Origin: Sphingomonadaceae bacterium
GTDB lineage: Bacteria; Pseudomonadota; Alphaproteobacteria; Sphingomonadales; Sphingomonadaceae
Direction of reading: 5' to 3'
Assembly (NCBI GenBank): GCA_041916635.1
Contig: JAYRZE010000001.1
Span: 2,860,949 to 2,924,948, forward strand
Length of the DNA: 64,000 bases
The notes beneath the pieces were generated by a model. That model saw only the letters and a program-made list of their open reading frames with translations. It had not been told where the DNA came from and searched no databases. Position numbers and translations under genes: made by a program. Below, piece by piece: positions 28,532-36,944 of this stretch (position 1 is the first letter of the stretch; each line of letters starts with the position of its first letter).

Positions 28532-28962
28532 GTTATGCTCCCATTGCCCGGCCGACGCGCCAGGTCCATGTTGAAAATCAGCCAGACCAGCCCGCCGACC
28601 AACCCGGCGGCAAGCCCGTACTTGATATAGCCGAGCTGCCCCTCGTCCACGATCAGGCAGGCAATCGTCAGCGCGATCGCCCCACCGGTTGCTATGCCCG
28701 CGACAATGAACGCCGCGACCCGCACGACACCAGACGCGCGCGCGCGGTTAAGCATGACCAGTGCCGGGATGCCGCCAACGAGCATGCCCACAAGGGCTAT
28801 CGCTGCCATCATCGCCATCGACTTCCAGTCCCGGAACGGAGATTCGTCAGACCCGAGCATGCGATAAATGGCGAAGTTGGACAGCACGCCCGCCAGCAAC
28901 GCCGGCGCGACAAGACGACGGACGATGCGAAACGGAATCGAATCAGGGGAACCATCAGCCAT
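28528..28962 (-). CDS. Hypothetical four-TM membrane protein
   Basis: Hydrophobic ORF translationally coupled to lpdA. Confidence 0.7.
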   Translation of the reverse strand: MADGSPDSIPFRIVRRLVAPALLAGVLSNFAIYRMLGSDESPFRDWKSMAMMAAIALVGMLVGGIPALVMLNRARASGVVRVAAFIVAGIATGGAIALTIACLIVDEGQLGYIKYGLAAGLVGGLVWLIFNMDLARRPGNGSIT

Positions 28963-28984
28963 GGGCGACTCCGTCGGCAACCAT

Positions 28985-30259
28985 CTAGGCCACCAGCCCC
29001 AGCGGCTTCTCCACCAGTTCCTTGAAGAGCTTCATCAATTCGGCGCCGTCCGCGCCGTCGATGGCGCGATGATCGAAGCTGCCGGTCGCGCTCATGATCG
29101 TGGCCATCGCCAGCGCGTCATCGACGACATAGGGGCGCTTCTCGCCCGCGCCGATCGCCATGATCATGCCCTGCGGCGGATTGATGACCGCTTCGAACTG
29201 CTTGATCCCATACATGCCCATGTTGGAAAGGCTGGCGGTGCCGCCCTGATATTCGTGCGGCTGGAGCTTGCCTTCCTTCGCCCGGCCCGCGAGTTCCTTC
29301 ATGTCGGTCGAAATCTTCGAGACGCTGATATTGCCCGCATCACGGATGATCGGGGTGATAAGGCCCGTCGGCGTCGAAACCGCGACCGAAACGTCGGCGC
29401 GCTTGTACGTCACCATCTCGTTGCCGAGGAAGGTGACGTTGCATTTGGGCGTCTGTTCGAGCGCCACACCCAGCGCCTTGATCAGCAGGTCGTTGACCGA
29501 CAGCTTGATTCCGCGCGCCTCAAGGCTGGCGTTGAGTTCGGACCGGAGCGCAAGCAGCGCATCGAGCCTGATATCGACCGTGAGATAGATGTGCGGAATG
29601 GTCTGCTTCGCCTCGGTCAGGCGCCGCGCGATCGTCTTGCGGATGTTGGAGAGCTTTTCCACTTCATGCGGAATGGTGTCATCATACCAGACGGCCTTGG
29701 CCTCCGGTGCAGCAGAGGGCGTTGGCGCCGCGGCGGGAGCCGCTGGCTGAGCCGGCGCAGCGGCCGCCCTTGGCGCACCTTCCAGATCGGCCTTTACGAT
29801 CCGGCCATTCGGCCCCGATCCCTTCACGGTCGAAAGATCGATTCCCCGCGCGGCCGCGAGCCGCTTCGCGAGCGGCGAAGCAATTATGCGATTGCCGGAA
29901 ACAGTCTTGGCCGGAGCTGACGCTTCCGCGAGAGCAGGTGCCGGTTGCATGGCAGCCGGAGCTGCCTCGGGCTTGGGCGCTTCTGCCTTTGGCGCAGGTT
30001 TCGCGCCTGCTTCTTCCCCATCACCGGCAATCAGGGCGATGACGGCACCGACCTTTACGCCTTCCGTTCCCTCGGCAACCAGGATCGAAGAGATTATCCC
30101 TTCGTCGACGGCCTCGAACTCCATTGTTGCCTTGTCGGTTTCGATTTCGGCTATCAAGTCTCCCGATCTGACCTCATCCCCCTCTTTCACAAGCCATTTG
30201 GCGAGCGTGCCCTCCTCCATCGTTGGTGACAAGGCGGGCATTTTGAGTTCGATCGGCAT
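28985..30259 (-). CDS. pdhC: Pyruvate dehydrogenase E2 dihydrolipoamide acetyltransferase
   Basis: [11 protein letters not shown]...EIETDKAT lipoyl domain, E3-binding domain, DHRAIDG catalytic motif. Confidence 0.97.
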   Translation of the reverse strand: MPIELKMPALSPTMEEGTLAKWLVKEGDEVRSGDLIAEIETDKATMEFEAVDEGIISSILVAEGTEGVKVGAVIALIAGDGEEAGAKPAPKAEAPKPEAAPAAMQPAPALAEASAPAKTVSGNRIIASPLAKRLAAARGIDLSTVKGSGPNGRIVKADLEGAPRAAAAPAQPAAPAAAPTPSAAPEAKAVWYDDTIPHEVEKLSNIRKTIARRLTEAKQTIPHIYLTVDIRLDALLALRSELNASLEARGIKLSVNDLLIKALGVALEQTPKCNVTFLGNEMVTYKRADVSVAVSTPTGLITPIIRDAGNISVSKISTDMKELAGRAKEGKLQPHEYQGGTASLSNMGMYGIKQFEAVINPPQGMIMAIGAGEKRPYVVDDALAMATIMSATGSFDHRAIDGADGAELMKLFKELVEKPLGLVA

Positions 30260-30402
30260 TGAGCGGTTCACCTGTTCTTGCGTGTGCGGCGTTTTACGTA
30301 ACGGCAACCGCTTGTCGATGCCAGAGGCAAGGCCTTGCACAGACCGATTAATTGACGCAGGCTACGCAACATCGGGTCGATTGGGGGATAACGGGCAAGC
30401 GA

Positions 30403-30858
30403 ATGCGCACCTATCTGGTGATAATCGACGAGACGGAAGAGGCTGAAATCGCGTTGCGCTTCGCCGCCCGCCGCGCCGCCAAGACGAAAGGCGGGCTCGA
30501 AATTCTCGTAATCATTCCGCCGCAGGAATTTGTTGCCTGGGGTGCCGTCCAGGCAACAATCGAGAATGAGGCGCGCGAGCATGCCGGAGAAATTGTCCGC
30601 CACGCAATCGATACGCTGGCCCAGGAAAGCCCGATCACGCCCAAGATTTCCGTGAAGACCGGAGACGCGGTCACCGCCATCCGCAACGCGCTTGCCGAAA
30701 ACCCCGATATTGGCGCTCTCGTTCTGGCGGCCGCGAAAAGCGGCAATCCCGGACCGCTCGTCAGCCATTTTGCTGGCGCGGATTCAGGCACTTTGCCATG
30801 CCCGGTCATGATCGTGCCGGGTTCGTTGACCAACGATGCGCTCGACCGGTTGAGTTGA
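30403..30858 (+). CDS. Universal stress protein
   Basis: YLVIIDETEEAEIALRFA...LVLAA...PCPVMIVPG, the USP fold pattern. Confidence 0.9.
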   Translation: MRTYLVIIDETEEAEIALRFAARRAAKTKGGLEILVIIPPQEFVAWGAVQATIENEAREHAGEIVRHAIDTLAQESPITPKISVKTGDAVTAIRNALAENPDIGALVLAAAKSGNPGPLVSHFAGADSGTLPCPVMIVPGSLTNDALDRLS

Positions 30859-30871
30859 TCCTCAAGAATAG

Positions 30872-30906
30872 AAGGCCCGGCCACTCCCCCAAGCGGCCGG
30901 GCCTTT
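30872..30906. terminator. Strong, probably bidirectional intrinsic terminator
   Basis: AAGGCCCGGCC...GGCCGGGCCTT, an 11-bp perfect stem. Confidence 0.85.
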
Positions 30907-31099
30907 GCCCCGTTCGGCGCGCTTTGCCTGACCAGCAGGCTCGGCGCTGCTACGGGCGGGGCTTCCAAACGTGACGCATCCGTCGAGATATCGACGAGGT
31001 GGCGTCAAAAAAATTTCCCCCAGTCATCCCCATTTTCATTCAGTCCAATGGTGAGGACCGAAATCCAACCAGCTTTTACAGCGGCGGATTCCAATTGAG

Positions 31100-31127
31100 A
31101 TGATAATCATATTTCAACTCGCTGCAA
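31100..31127 (-). promoter_or_regulatory. Sigma70-like promoter overlapped by a Fur-box-like core
   Basis: Minus strand TTGCAG-N16-TATCAT. The perfect palindrome ATGATAATCAT (31100-31110) equals the core of the classical Fur consensus. Confidence 0.5.
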
Positions 31128-31173
31128 TATTCCATTTCCGGAGAATATAGCATCGAATCTGTCCCGTTGCGGG

Positions 31174-31653
31174 TCAGATCCGATCGGCCAGCACCTCCGC
31201 CAGCGCCTCGCAGCCGGTCGCATCCTCGGCATCGAAACGACCGGTTTCCGGGCTGTCGAGGTCAAGCACAGCCGCCAGCCGTCCATTGCGGACAATCGGA
31301 ACCACAAGCTCCGAGGCGGATGCCGCATCGCAAGCGATATGGCCAGGGAACGCATGAACGTCTGCGACGATCTGGGTCTGCAGCGTGCTTGCCGCCGTTC
31401 CACAGACGCCCTTCCCCAACGCGATGCGAATGCAGGCAACCTTGCCCTGGAACGGCCCCAATACGAGCTCATCGCCAATCAGCCGGTAAAACCCCGCCCA
31501 ATTCAGATCTGGAAGATACTCCCAGATCAAGGCTGCGGCATTCGCCATGTTTGCCACTGGATCGGGCTCGGTCGCGGTCAGCGCATCGAGTGCCGAGAGA
31601 AGGTCGCGATAGAGGTCCGCCTTAGAACTTGTGTCGATCCTGAATTCATACAT
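31174..31653 (-). CDS. msrC: GAF-domain protein, free methionine-R-sulfoxide reductase-like
   Basis: NWAGFY, LGPFQGKVAC, GKGVCG, GHIACDAASASELVVP, DLDSP. Confidence 0.88.
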   Translation of the reverse strand: MYEFRIDTSSKADLYRDLLSALDALTATEPDPVANMANAAALIWEYLPDLNWAGFYRLIGDELVLGPFQGKVACIRIALGKGVCGTAASTLQTQIVADVHAFPGHIACDAASASELVVPIVRNGRLAAVLDLDSPETGRFDAEDATGCEALAEVLADRI

Positions 31654-32063
31654 CAGTCGAAACTCACCTTGCCGCGCCCCTTTTTGACATCTCCGCGGAT
31701 CGCCTTTCCGGCGAGCCGTTTTTCCTTCGCCGATCGCGACGGCTTGGTTTTGATCCGCCGTGCGGGCGCCCGATGCGCCTTGACGACCAACGCGGTCAAC
31801 CGTTCGCGCGCATCGGCGCGATTGGCTTCCTGTGTACGAAAACTGCGCGCAGTGATGACGATTTCTCCCTCATTGGTCCAGCGGCTGCCAGCGAGCGCCT
31901 TCAACCGCGCATAGACAGTCGGAGCCAGCCTCAAAGCGAAGACATCGAGCCGAATCTGGACTGCGGTTGCAACCTTGTTGACATTCTGCCCACCCGGGCC
32001 GGTCGCTGCCAGAAACCGCTCCTCAAGCGTGCTTTCAGGTAGCACATAAGGGTCGTCCGCCAT
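31653..32063 (-). CDS. arfB: Alternative ribosome-rescue peptidyl-tRNA hydrolase ArfB
   Basis: GPGGQNVNKVAT and a basic tail (TKPSRSAKEKRLAGK). Start at ATG 32063. Confidence 0.95.
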   Translation of the reverse strand: MADDPYVLPESTLEERFLAATGPGGQNVNKVATAVQIRLDVFALRLAPTVYARLKALAGSRWTNEGEIVITARSFRTQEANRADARERLTALVVKAHRAPARRIKTKPSRSAKEKRLAGKAIRGDVKKGRGKVSFD

Positions 32064-32230
32064 TACCGGGTCAGAAGATAGTAGATGACGTAGAACCAGG
32101 ACAGGAAACCCTGGATCACGGCCCAAAGGACCGACTTGTGAAGGCTCCACGAAATCGTGATTGCAAGCGCGCTGCCAAAACCGATCCCGGCGCGCGTTGC
32201 CGAGGCGGTGTAAGTGCGTATCTCAGCCAT
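32063..32230 (-). CDS. Small two-TM hypothetical protein (55 aa)
   Basis: GIGFGSALAITISWSLHKSVLWAVIQGFLSWFYVIYY. TAATG overlap with arfB. Confidence 0.75.
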   Translation of the reverse strand: MAEIRTYTASATRAGIGFGSALAITISWSLHKSVLWAVIQGFLSWFYVIYYLLTR

Positions 32231-32265
32231 GGCCGAACATTCGCACTTACACGCGCCGAATGCAA

Positions 32266-33210
32266 TCAGCTGCCGAAGTCGAGCTGCACGACCTTGGTCG
32301 ATGTTGCACGACAATAGATCGGCAACTCACGGTCTCCGTCCGGATAGGTCCCGATCAGCTTGGCCCGGAAGCGCCAGCCGCCATTGCCCGGCTGGATTTC
32401 CGTGATCCCGTCAAGCTTCAGTTTCGTCCCGCCGGTCGCGCCGATTTCCTGCGATGCTTGGAACAGGCAGGTCTGCATTGCCGGCTTCTGCGCGGCCGTC
32501 AGCGTCGAAAGATCGGCCGTGATCGCCGCCGGAGGCCGGGGCGGGAAAGTGGCGGGCGTTTCGGGCTCGGGTGGCGTGCCGGCCTGTTCGGCCTCTTCCT
32601 TGGGCTTTTTGTTCTTCGAGGCCAGCAAGGCGACCAAGCCTGCCGCGACCACGACCCCGCCAATGATGAGGCCGGCATTAGGGCCCTTGTCCTTTTCGGG
32701 CTCGGGCCAATAGGTTCCGTTGCCGTAGGCAAAAGTCGCCCGGCAACCGTTGCTGACCCAGATTGCCCAACGGTCATAGCCCCAGTCGCGACTCTGGCGG
32801 CATTTCCCATCATGCCGGTCGATCAGCGCCACCCTGTTCTCGTGCCGGACATTGCAGCGGCGGGGGAGGTTGCCACGCGCCTCGCAGCGCACGGTCGCCG
32901 CATAGCCGCCATTGCCATAGACCGGCCCCGGCAAGGGCACTGGTTTGGTTTCGGGCACCGGCTGCGGCAGCGGAACTGGCTTGGTCTCGGGAATTGGTTG
33001 AGGCAGCGGGACCGGCTTGGGCAGCGGTTTTGGTTTGGGCCGCGGCTTGGGCAGCGGTTTCGGAAGAGGCTTTGGCGTTGGCTTGGGCGCCGGAAGCGGC
33101 GTCGGCTGAATTTCGGGCTGGGGTGCCGGTTTGGTCTGAGCAAGCGCTGGTGCGCAAATCTGGCTGGCGAGAAAGGCGGCAAGCGTCAAACGAGTTACGG
33201 TGTGTTGCAT
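32266..33210 (-). CDS. Secreted Pro-rich DUF3011-domain protein
   Basis: Signal peptide, PKP/PETKPVPLP repeats, CRQSRDWGYDRWAIWVSNGCRATF (DUF3011-like), glycine-rich hydrophobic segment. Confidence 0.8.
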   Translation of the reverse strand: MQHTVTRLTLAAFLASQICAPALAQTKPAPQPEIQPTPLPAPKPTPKPLPKPLPKPRPKPKPLPKPVPLPQPIPETKPVPLPQPVPETKPVPLPGPVYGNGGYAATVRCEARGNLPRRCNVRHENRVALIDRHDGKCRQSRDWGYDRWAIWVSNGCRATFAYGNGTYWPEPEKDKGPNAGLIIGGVVVAAGLVALLASKNKKPKEEAEQAGTPPEPETPATFPPRPPAAITADLSTLTAAQKPAMQTCLFQASQEIGATGGTKLKLDGITEIQPGNGGWRFRAKLIGTYPDGDRELPIYCRATSTKVVQLDFGS

Positions 33211-33380
33211 GATCATCCCCTTCAATGACAAACCCCAACACAACACGGGTGATCGATCCTAACCTTGATGCATGCCGCAGCAAGCAGCAATTTAGCTGTT
33301 GTCACATAGCTTCAATTGAACTTCGTGATTGTCGAAGATAGGACAATTGAAACCAAAATAGTCCGCAGGTCGACCCATCC

Positions 33381-34502
33381 ATGTTCCAGCCCGTCATCTC
33401 CGCAACTGGCCTTTTCACACCACGAGACAGCATCTCGAACGAAGAGCTTGTCGAAAGTTTCAATCTCTACGCGGATCGCTTCAATAGCGAGAATGTTGCA
33501 GCGATCGCTGCCGGGACCGTCGAGGCCGTGCCGCACAGCTCGGTGGAGTTCATCGAAAAGGCCAGCGGGATAAAGGCGCGCTATGTGCTTTCGAAGGGGC
33601 CGATTCTCGACCCGGACGTGATGTGCCCGCGCTTTCCCGAACGACCCAATGAAGACATTTCCGTCCTCGCCGAAATCGGCGTCGCTGCCGCGCGCGATGC
33701 ACTTGCTCGTGCAGGTCGCAGGCCGGAGGATGTCGATGCCGTACTCTGCGCCTGTTCCAACCTCCAGCGCGCCTATCCGGCGATTGCCGTAGAGATCCAG
33801 GATGCGCTGGGAATCGATGGCTTCGGGTTCGACATGAATGTCGCCTGTTCCTCAGCAACGTTCGGCATCCAGACCGCGGCCGATTTCATTCGTGCGGGCC
33901 ACGCGCGCTCGATCCTCGTCATCAATCCGGAAATCTGTTCGGGCCATCTGAACTGGCGGGATCGGGACAGTCATTTCATCTTCGGCGATGTGGCGACGGC
34001 GATCCTTGTCGAGGACAAGACCATCGCGCCCGCCGGGCATTGGGACATTCTCGGCACACGGCTCAAGACCAAATTCTCGAACAATATCCGCAACAATTTC
34101 GGCTTCCTCAACCGCACGCACCCCGAAAGCCGCGATGACCGGGACAAGCTGTTTGTCCAGGAAGGCCGCAAGGTTTTCAAGGAAGTGGTCCCGATGGTTG
34201 CCGAACTGATTCAGTCACAGCTATCCGAACTCGGCATAGCGCCGGATGCGTTGCGTCGCATGTGGCTGCATCAGGCCAATGCCGGCATGAACCGGCTGAT
34301 CGCGACGCGCGTACTGGGCCACGAACCGACCCCCGACGAAAGCCCGACTGTGCTCGATACCTATGCCAACACCTCATCGGCAGGCTCGATCATCGCCTTC
34401 CACCTGAACAGCGCGGACCTGAAGCCGGGCGATGCTGGGCTCATCTGCTCGTTCGGTGCCGGCTACTCGGCTGGAACAGTGGCCCTCCGCAAAGCCAGCT
34501 AG
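33381..34502 (+). CDS. Beta-ketoacyl-ACP synthase III family protein
   Basis: DMNVACSS (Cys), WLHQAN (His), YANTSSAG (Asn), SFGAG. Confidence 0.93.
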   Translation: MFQPVISATGLFTPRDSISNEELVESFNLYADRFNSENVAAIAAGTVEAVPHSSVEFIEKASGIKARYVLSKGPILDPDVMCPRFPERPNEDISVLAEIGVAAARDALARAGRRPEDVDAVLCACSNLQRAYPAIAVEIQDALGIDGFGFDMNVACSSATFGIQTAADFIRAGHARSILVINPEICSGHLNWRDRDSHFIFGDVATAILVEDKTIAPAGHWDILGTRLKTKFSNNIRNNFGFLNRTHPESRDDRDKLFVQEGRKVFKEVVPMVAELIQSQLSELGIAPDALRRMWLHQANAGMNRLIATRVLGHEPTPDESPTVLDTYANTSSAGSIIAFHLNSADLKPGDAGLICSFGAGYSAGTVALRKAS

Positions 34503-34837
34503 CTGGCTTTGCCTGGCATACGGAACTGGCTGACGATATGATCGAGAACCGCTTTGTGAAGCGGTGCCGCGAATTCGCAACCATAACGATGCCCACGGCG
34601 CCAGACGACGTAAGACTCAAGGCCTGTCATTCCAGGCACCGTCAGCCAGACCCGGTCTCCGATGTTCAGGTTCGATGCGGTTCCAAAGCCGACACCGATT
34701 ACCGACATGTCGATCACGTCGACATCGAACCTGGTCGATCCCGAAGGGCGAAGCGCCGCCTGCATCTGTACGCCAAGCCGTTCGGCCCGGCGGCCGTCAT
34801 GATTCCAGCGATATTCGTTTTCTGCCGTCGCGGCCAT
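34499..34837 (-). CDS. Stand-alone PilZ-domain protein
   Basis: RRAER (RxxxR) and DMSVIG (DxSxxG) c-di-GMP-binding motifs. Start uncertain. Confidence 0.85.
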   Translation of the reverse strand: MAATAENEYRWNHDGRRAERLGVQMQAALRPSGSTRFDVDVIDMSVIGVGFGTASNLNIGDRVWLTVPGMTGLESYVVWRRGHRYGCEFAAPLHKAVLDHIVSQFRMPGKAS

Positions 34838-35001
34838 TCCTGTTACCCGTTTCGCCTGTCCCGTCACTACCAATAGCCAATCTTGGTTGATCAAATCTTT
34901 ACGTCACCCGGACTGAGCCGAAGAATGCCCGTCTTGCCCCTTGCGCATCCCGAACTATCTCCTAGCCTCCAGACAAGAAAAAGAATCATATCGAGAGAGC
35001 G

Positions 35002-36570
35002 ATGCCCCAGAGCCAATCAACTCAGCCACCGTTGCTGAGCTTCGATCATTTCATCACTCATTGGGCAATGGATCGCCCGGATCGCCTGGCCTTGCGCGAG
35101 GAAGATCGTACGCTGACCTTTGGGGAACTGGAAGAGCGAACCGCCAAGGTCGCTTCGGCGCTTCTAGCAGCCGGTCTGAAGAAGGGCGACCGGATCGCCT
35201 GGCTCGGCAAGAATAGTGACCTCTACTACCAGCTCTTCTTCGGAGCGGCACGGATCGGCGTGGTGATGGTCCCGGTCGGCTGGCGGCTCGCCCCGGTCGA
35301 AATTGCTTATATCGTAAACGACACGAAGGCTCGGCTGCTTTTTATGGGGCCCGGCTTTGATGCGGTCGCAGAGGCGATCCGGAATGATCTGGTTCATGTC
35401 GAACGCGTTCTCGGTGCCGACGCGACAAGGCGCTGGATCGAGGCAAGCCCGCGCACCACGTTCGAAGCCGCTGGCCCCGACGATGCGGTGCTTCAGCTCT
35501 ACACCTCGGGCACGACAGGCAATCCCAAAGGAGCCGTCCTTTCGAACCGGAACCTGTTCGGACTACGCATCCCGTCGCTCGATGCCGGGCTGCCCTGGTC
35601 GCGCTGGGACGATGACGAAGTCGTGCTGATGTGCATGCCCTGCGCGCACATCGGGGGGACCGGGCTCGGCGTCATGGCGCTGGCCGCAGGCGTTACCGGC
35701 CATATCATGGCCGAGTTCGAACCCGGCGGCGTGCTCGATGCGGTCGAGACTGGTGGCGTGACACGCTTCTTCATGGTGCCCGCCGCGCTGCAGATGGTCA
35801 TCAACCATCCGCGAGCCGCAGCGACGGATTTCTCACGCCTCAAATATATCATCTACGGCGCCGCGCCGATCCCGCTTGAGCTTCTGCGCGAATGCATCAA
35901 GGTGTTCGGCGCGCAATTTCTCCAGGCCTATGGCATGACCGAGACGACCGGGACTGTCGTCATGCTTCCACCCGAAGACCACGACCCGAACGGCAGCCCC
36001 CGCATGCGCGCGGCGGGCAAGCCACTGCCCGGCGTCGAACTGAAGGTGGTGGACGACGCCGGCAATGAAGTGGCGACGGGCGACGTGGGCGAGATCATCA
36101 CACGCTCCTCGAACAACATGATATCATACTGGAACCTGCCCGAAGCGACGGCCAGGACCATGAGCGCGGACGGCTGGGTCCGTACCGGCGATGCCGGCTA
36201 TCTCGATGCTGACGGCTATCTCTATATTCACGACCGGGTGAAGGATATGATCATTTCGGGCGGCGAGAATGTCTATCCCGCCGAAGTCGAAAGCGCGATC
36301 TATGGCCATCCGGCGATTGCCGAAGTCGCCGTTGTCGGAGTGCCCGACGATAAATGGGGCGAGGCCGTGAAGGCCGTCTGCGTGCCCAAGCCGGGCGCCA
36401 CGATCGACGAAGCCGATGTCATCGCCTGGACGCGCGAGCGGATCGCCGGTTTCAAGGTTCCGAAGTCGATCGACGTGATCGCCGCCCTCCCCCGCAACGC
36501 TAGCGGCAAGATCCTACGCAAGGACCTGCGCGCACCCTATTGGGAAGGGCGCGAGCGGCAGGTGAATTAG
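35002..36570 (+). CDS. Long-chain fatty-acid-CoA ligase (AMP-binding enzyme)
   Basis: YTSGTTGNPKG, YGMTET, TGDAG, GGENVYP, NASGK. Confidence 0.95.
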   Translation: MPQSQSTQPPLLSFDHFITHWAMDRPDRLALREEDRTLTFGELEERTAKVASALLAAGLKKGDRIAWLGKNSDLYYQLFFGAARIGVVMVPVGWRLAPVEIAYIVNDTKARLLFMGPGFDAVAEAIRNDLVHVERVLGADATRRWIEASPRTTFEAAGPDDAVLQLYTSGTTGNPKGAVLSNRNLFGLRIPSLDAGLPWSRWDDDEVVLMCMPCAHIGGTGLGVMALAAGVTGHIMAEFEPGGVLDAVETGGVTRFFMVPAALQMVINHPRAAATDFSRLKYIIYGAAPIPLELLRECIKVFGAQFLQAYGMTETTGTVVMLPPEDHDPNGSPRMRAAGKPLPGVELKVVDDAGNEVATGDVGEIITRSSNNMISYWNLPEATARTMSADGWVRTGDAGYLDADGYLYIHDRVKDMIISGGENVYPAEVESAIYGHPAIAEVAVVGVPDDKWGEAVKAVCVPKPGATIDEADVIAWTRERIAGFKVPKSIDVIAALPRNASGKILRKDLRAPYWEGRERQVN

Positions 36571-36660
36571 TGCAGGAAACGCCACCTTCCCGGTCATCCA
36601 AAACCTCTCGCGGCGCATAACTCTGGATGCAGCCATCAAGCTGCATGTGAAGGAGAGTAT

Positions 36661-36753
36661 ATGTCCCTCGCAGATATATGCCTCTTTCTTGGTGCGCTAT
36701 TCGCCTTCGCGACCTTGATTCTCAAGATCGTCGAAGTGACGCGCATCAAGTAG
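36661..36753 (+). CDS. 30-aa hydrophobic peptide, putative type I toxin-like
   Basis: MSLADICLFLGALFAFATLILKIVEVTRIK*, with a strong AAGGAG RBS. One TM helix and a basic C-terminus. Below the ORF-track size cutoff. Confidence 0.7.
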   Translation: MSLADICLFLGALFAFATLILKIVEVTRIK

Positions 36754-36754
36754 G

Positions 36755-36853
36755 GCACGGGATGGGGAGGGGGCTGTAATTCGCTCCCCAGAACGATTTG
36801 GCCCCCAACCGCTGTAACGATTTGGGGGTCCGAAGGCGTATATGTCTTTCGCG
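36755..36853 (-). ncRNA. Candidate antisense sRNA to the peptide mRNA
   Basis: Minus-strand TTGATA-N17-TATTCA promoter (36887-36859). The predicted 5' end is complementary to the SD/AUG at 36649-36671. Two stem-loops follow. The ends are inferred. Confidence 0.45.
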
Positions 36854-36902
36854 GATGCTGAATAGCGCGACCGGGCGAAAATATCAACGAGACCGGCAAG
36901 AT

Positions 36903-36926
36903 GGTGGTGCAGATGATTGCACCACC
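36903..36926 (-). terminator. Hairpin after the mltG stop
   Basis: GGTGGTGCA-GATGAT-TGCACCACC, a perfect 9-bp stem with a weak U-tract. Confidence 0.55.
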
Positions 36927-36944
36927 GCCGGCAATTCCCTGCCC

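Noticed and set aside
30950-31039. 29-aa ORF MKMGMTGGNFFDATSSISRRMRHVWKPRP inside the candidate sRNA
   Set aside because: No convincing RBS, no recognisable features, and it runs through a homopolymer and a hairpin. Not excluded without ribosome profiling.
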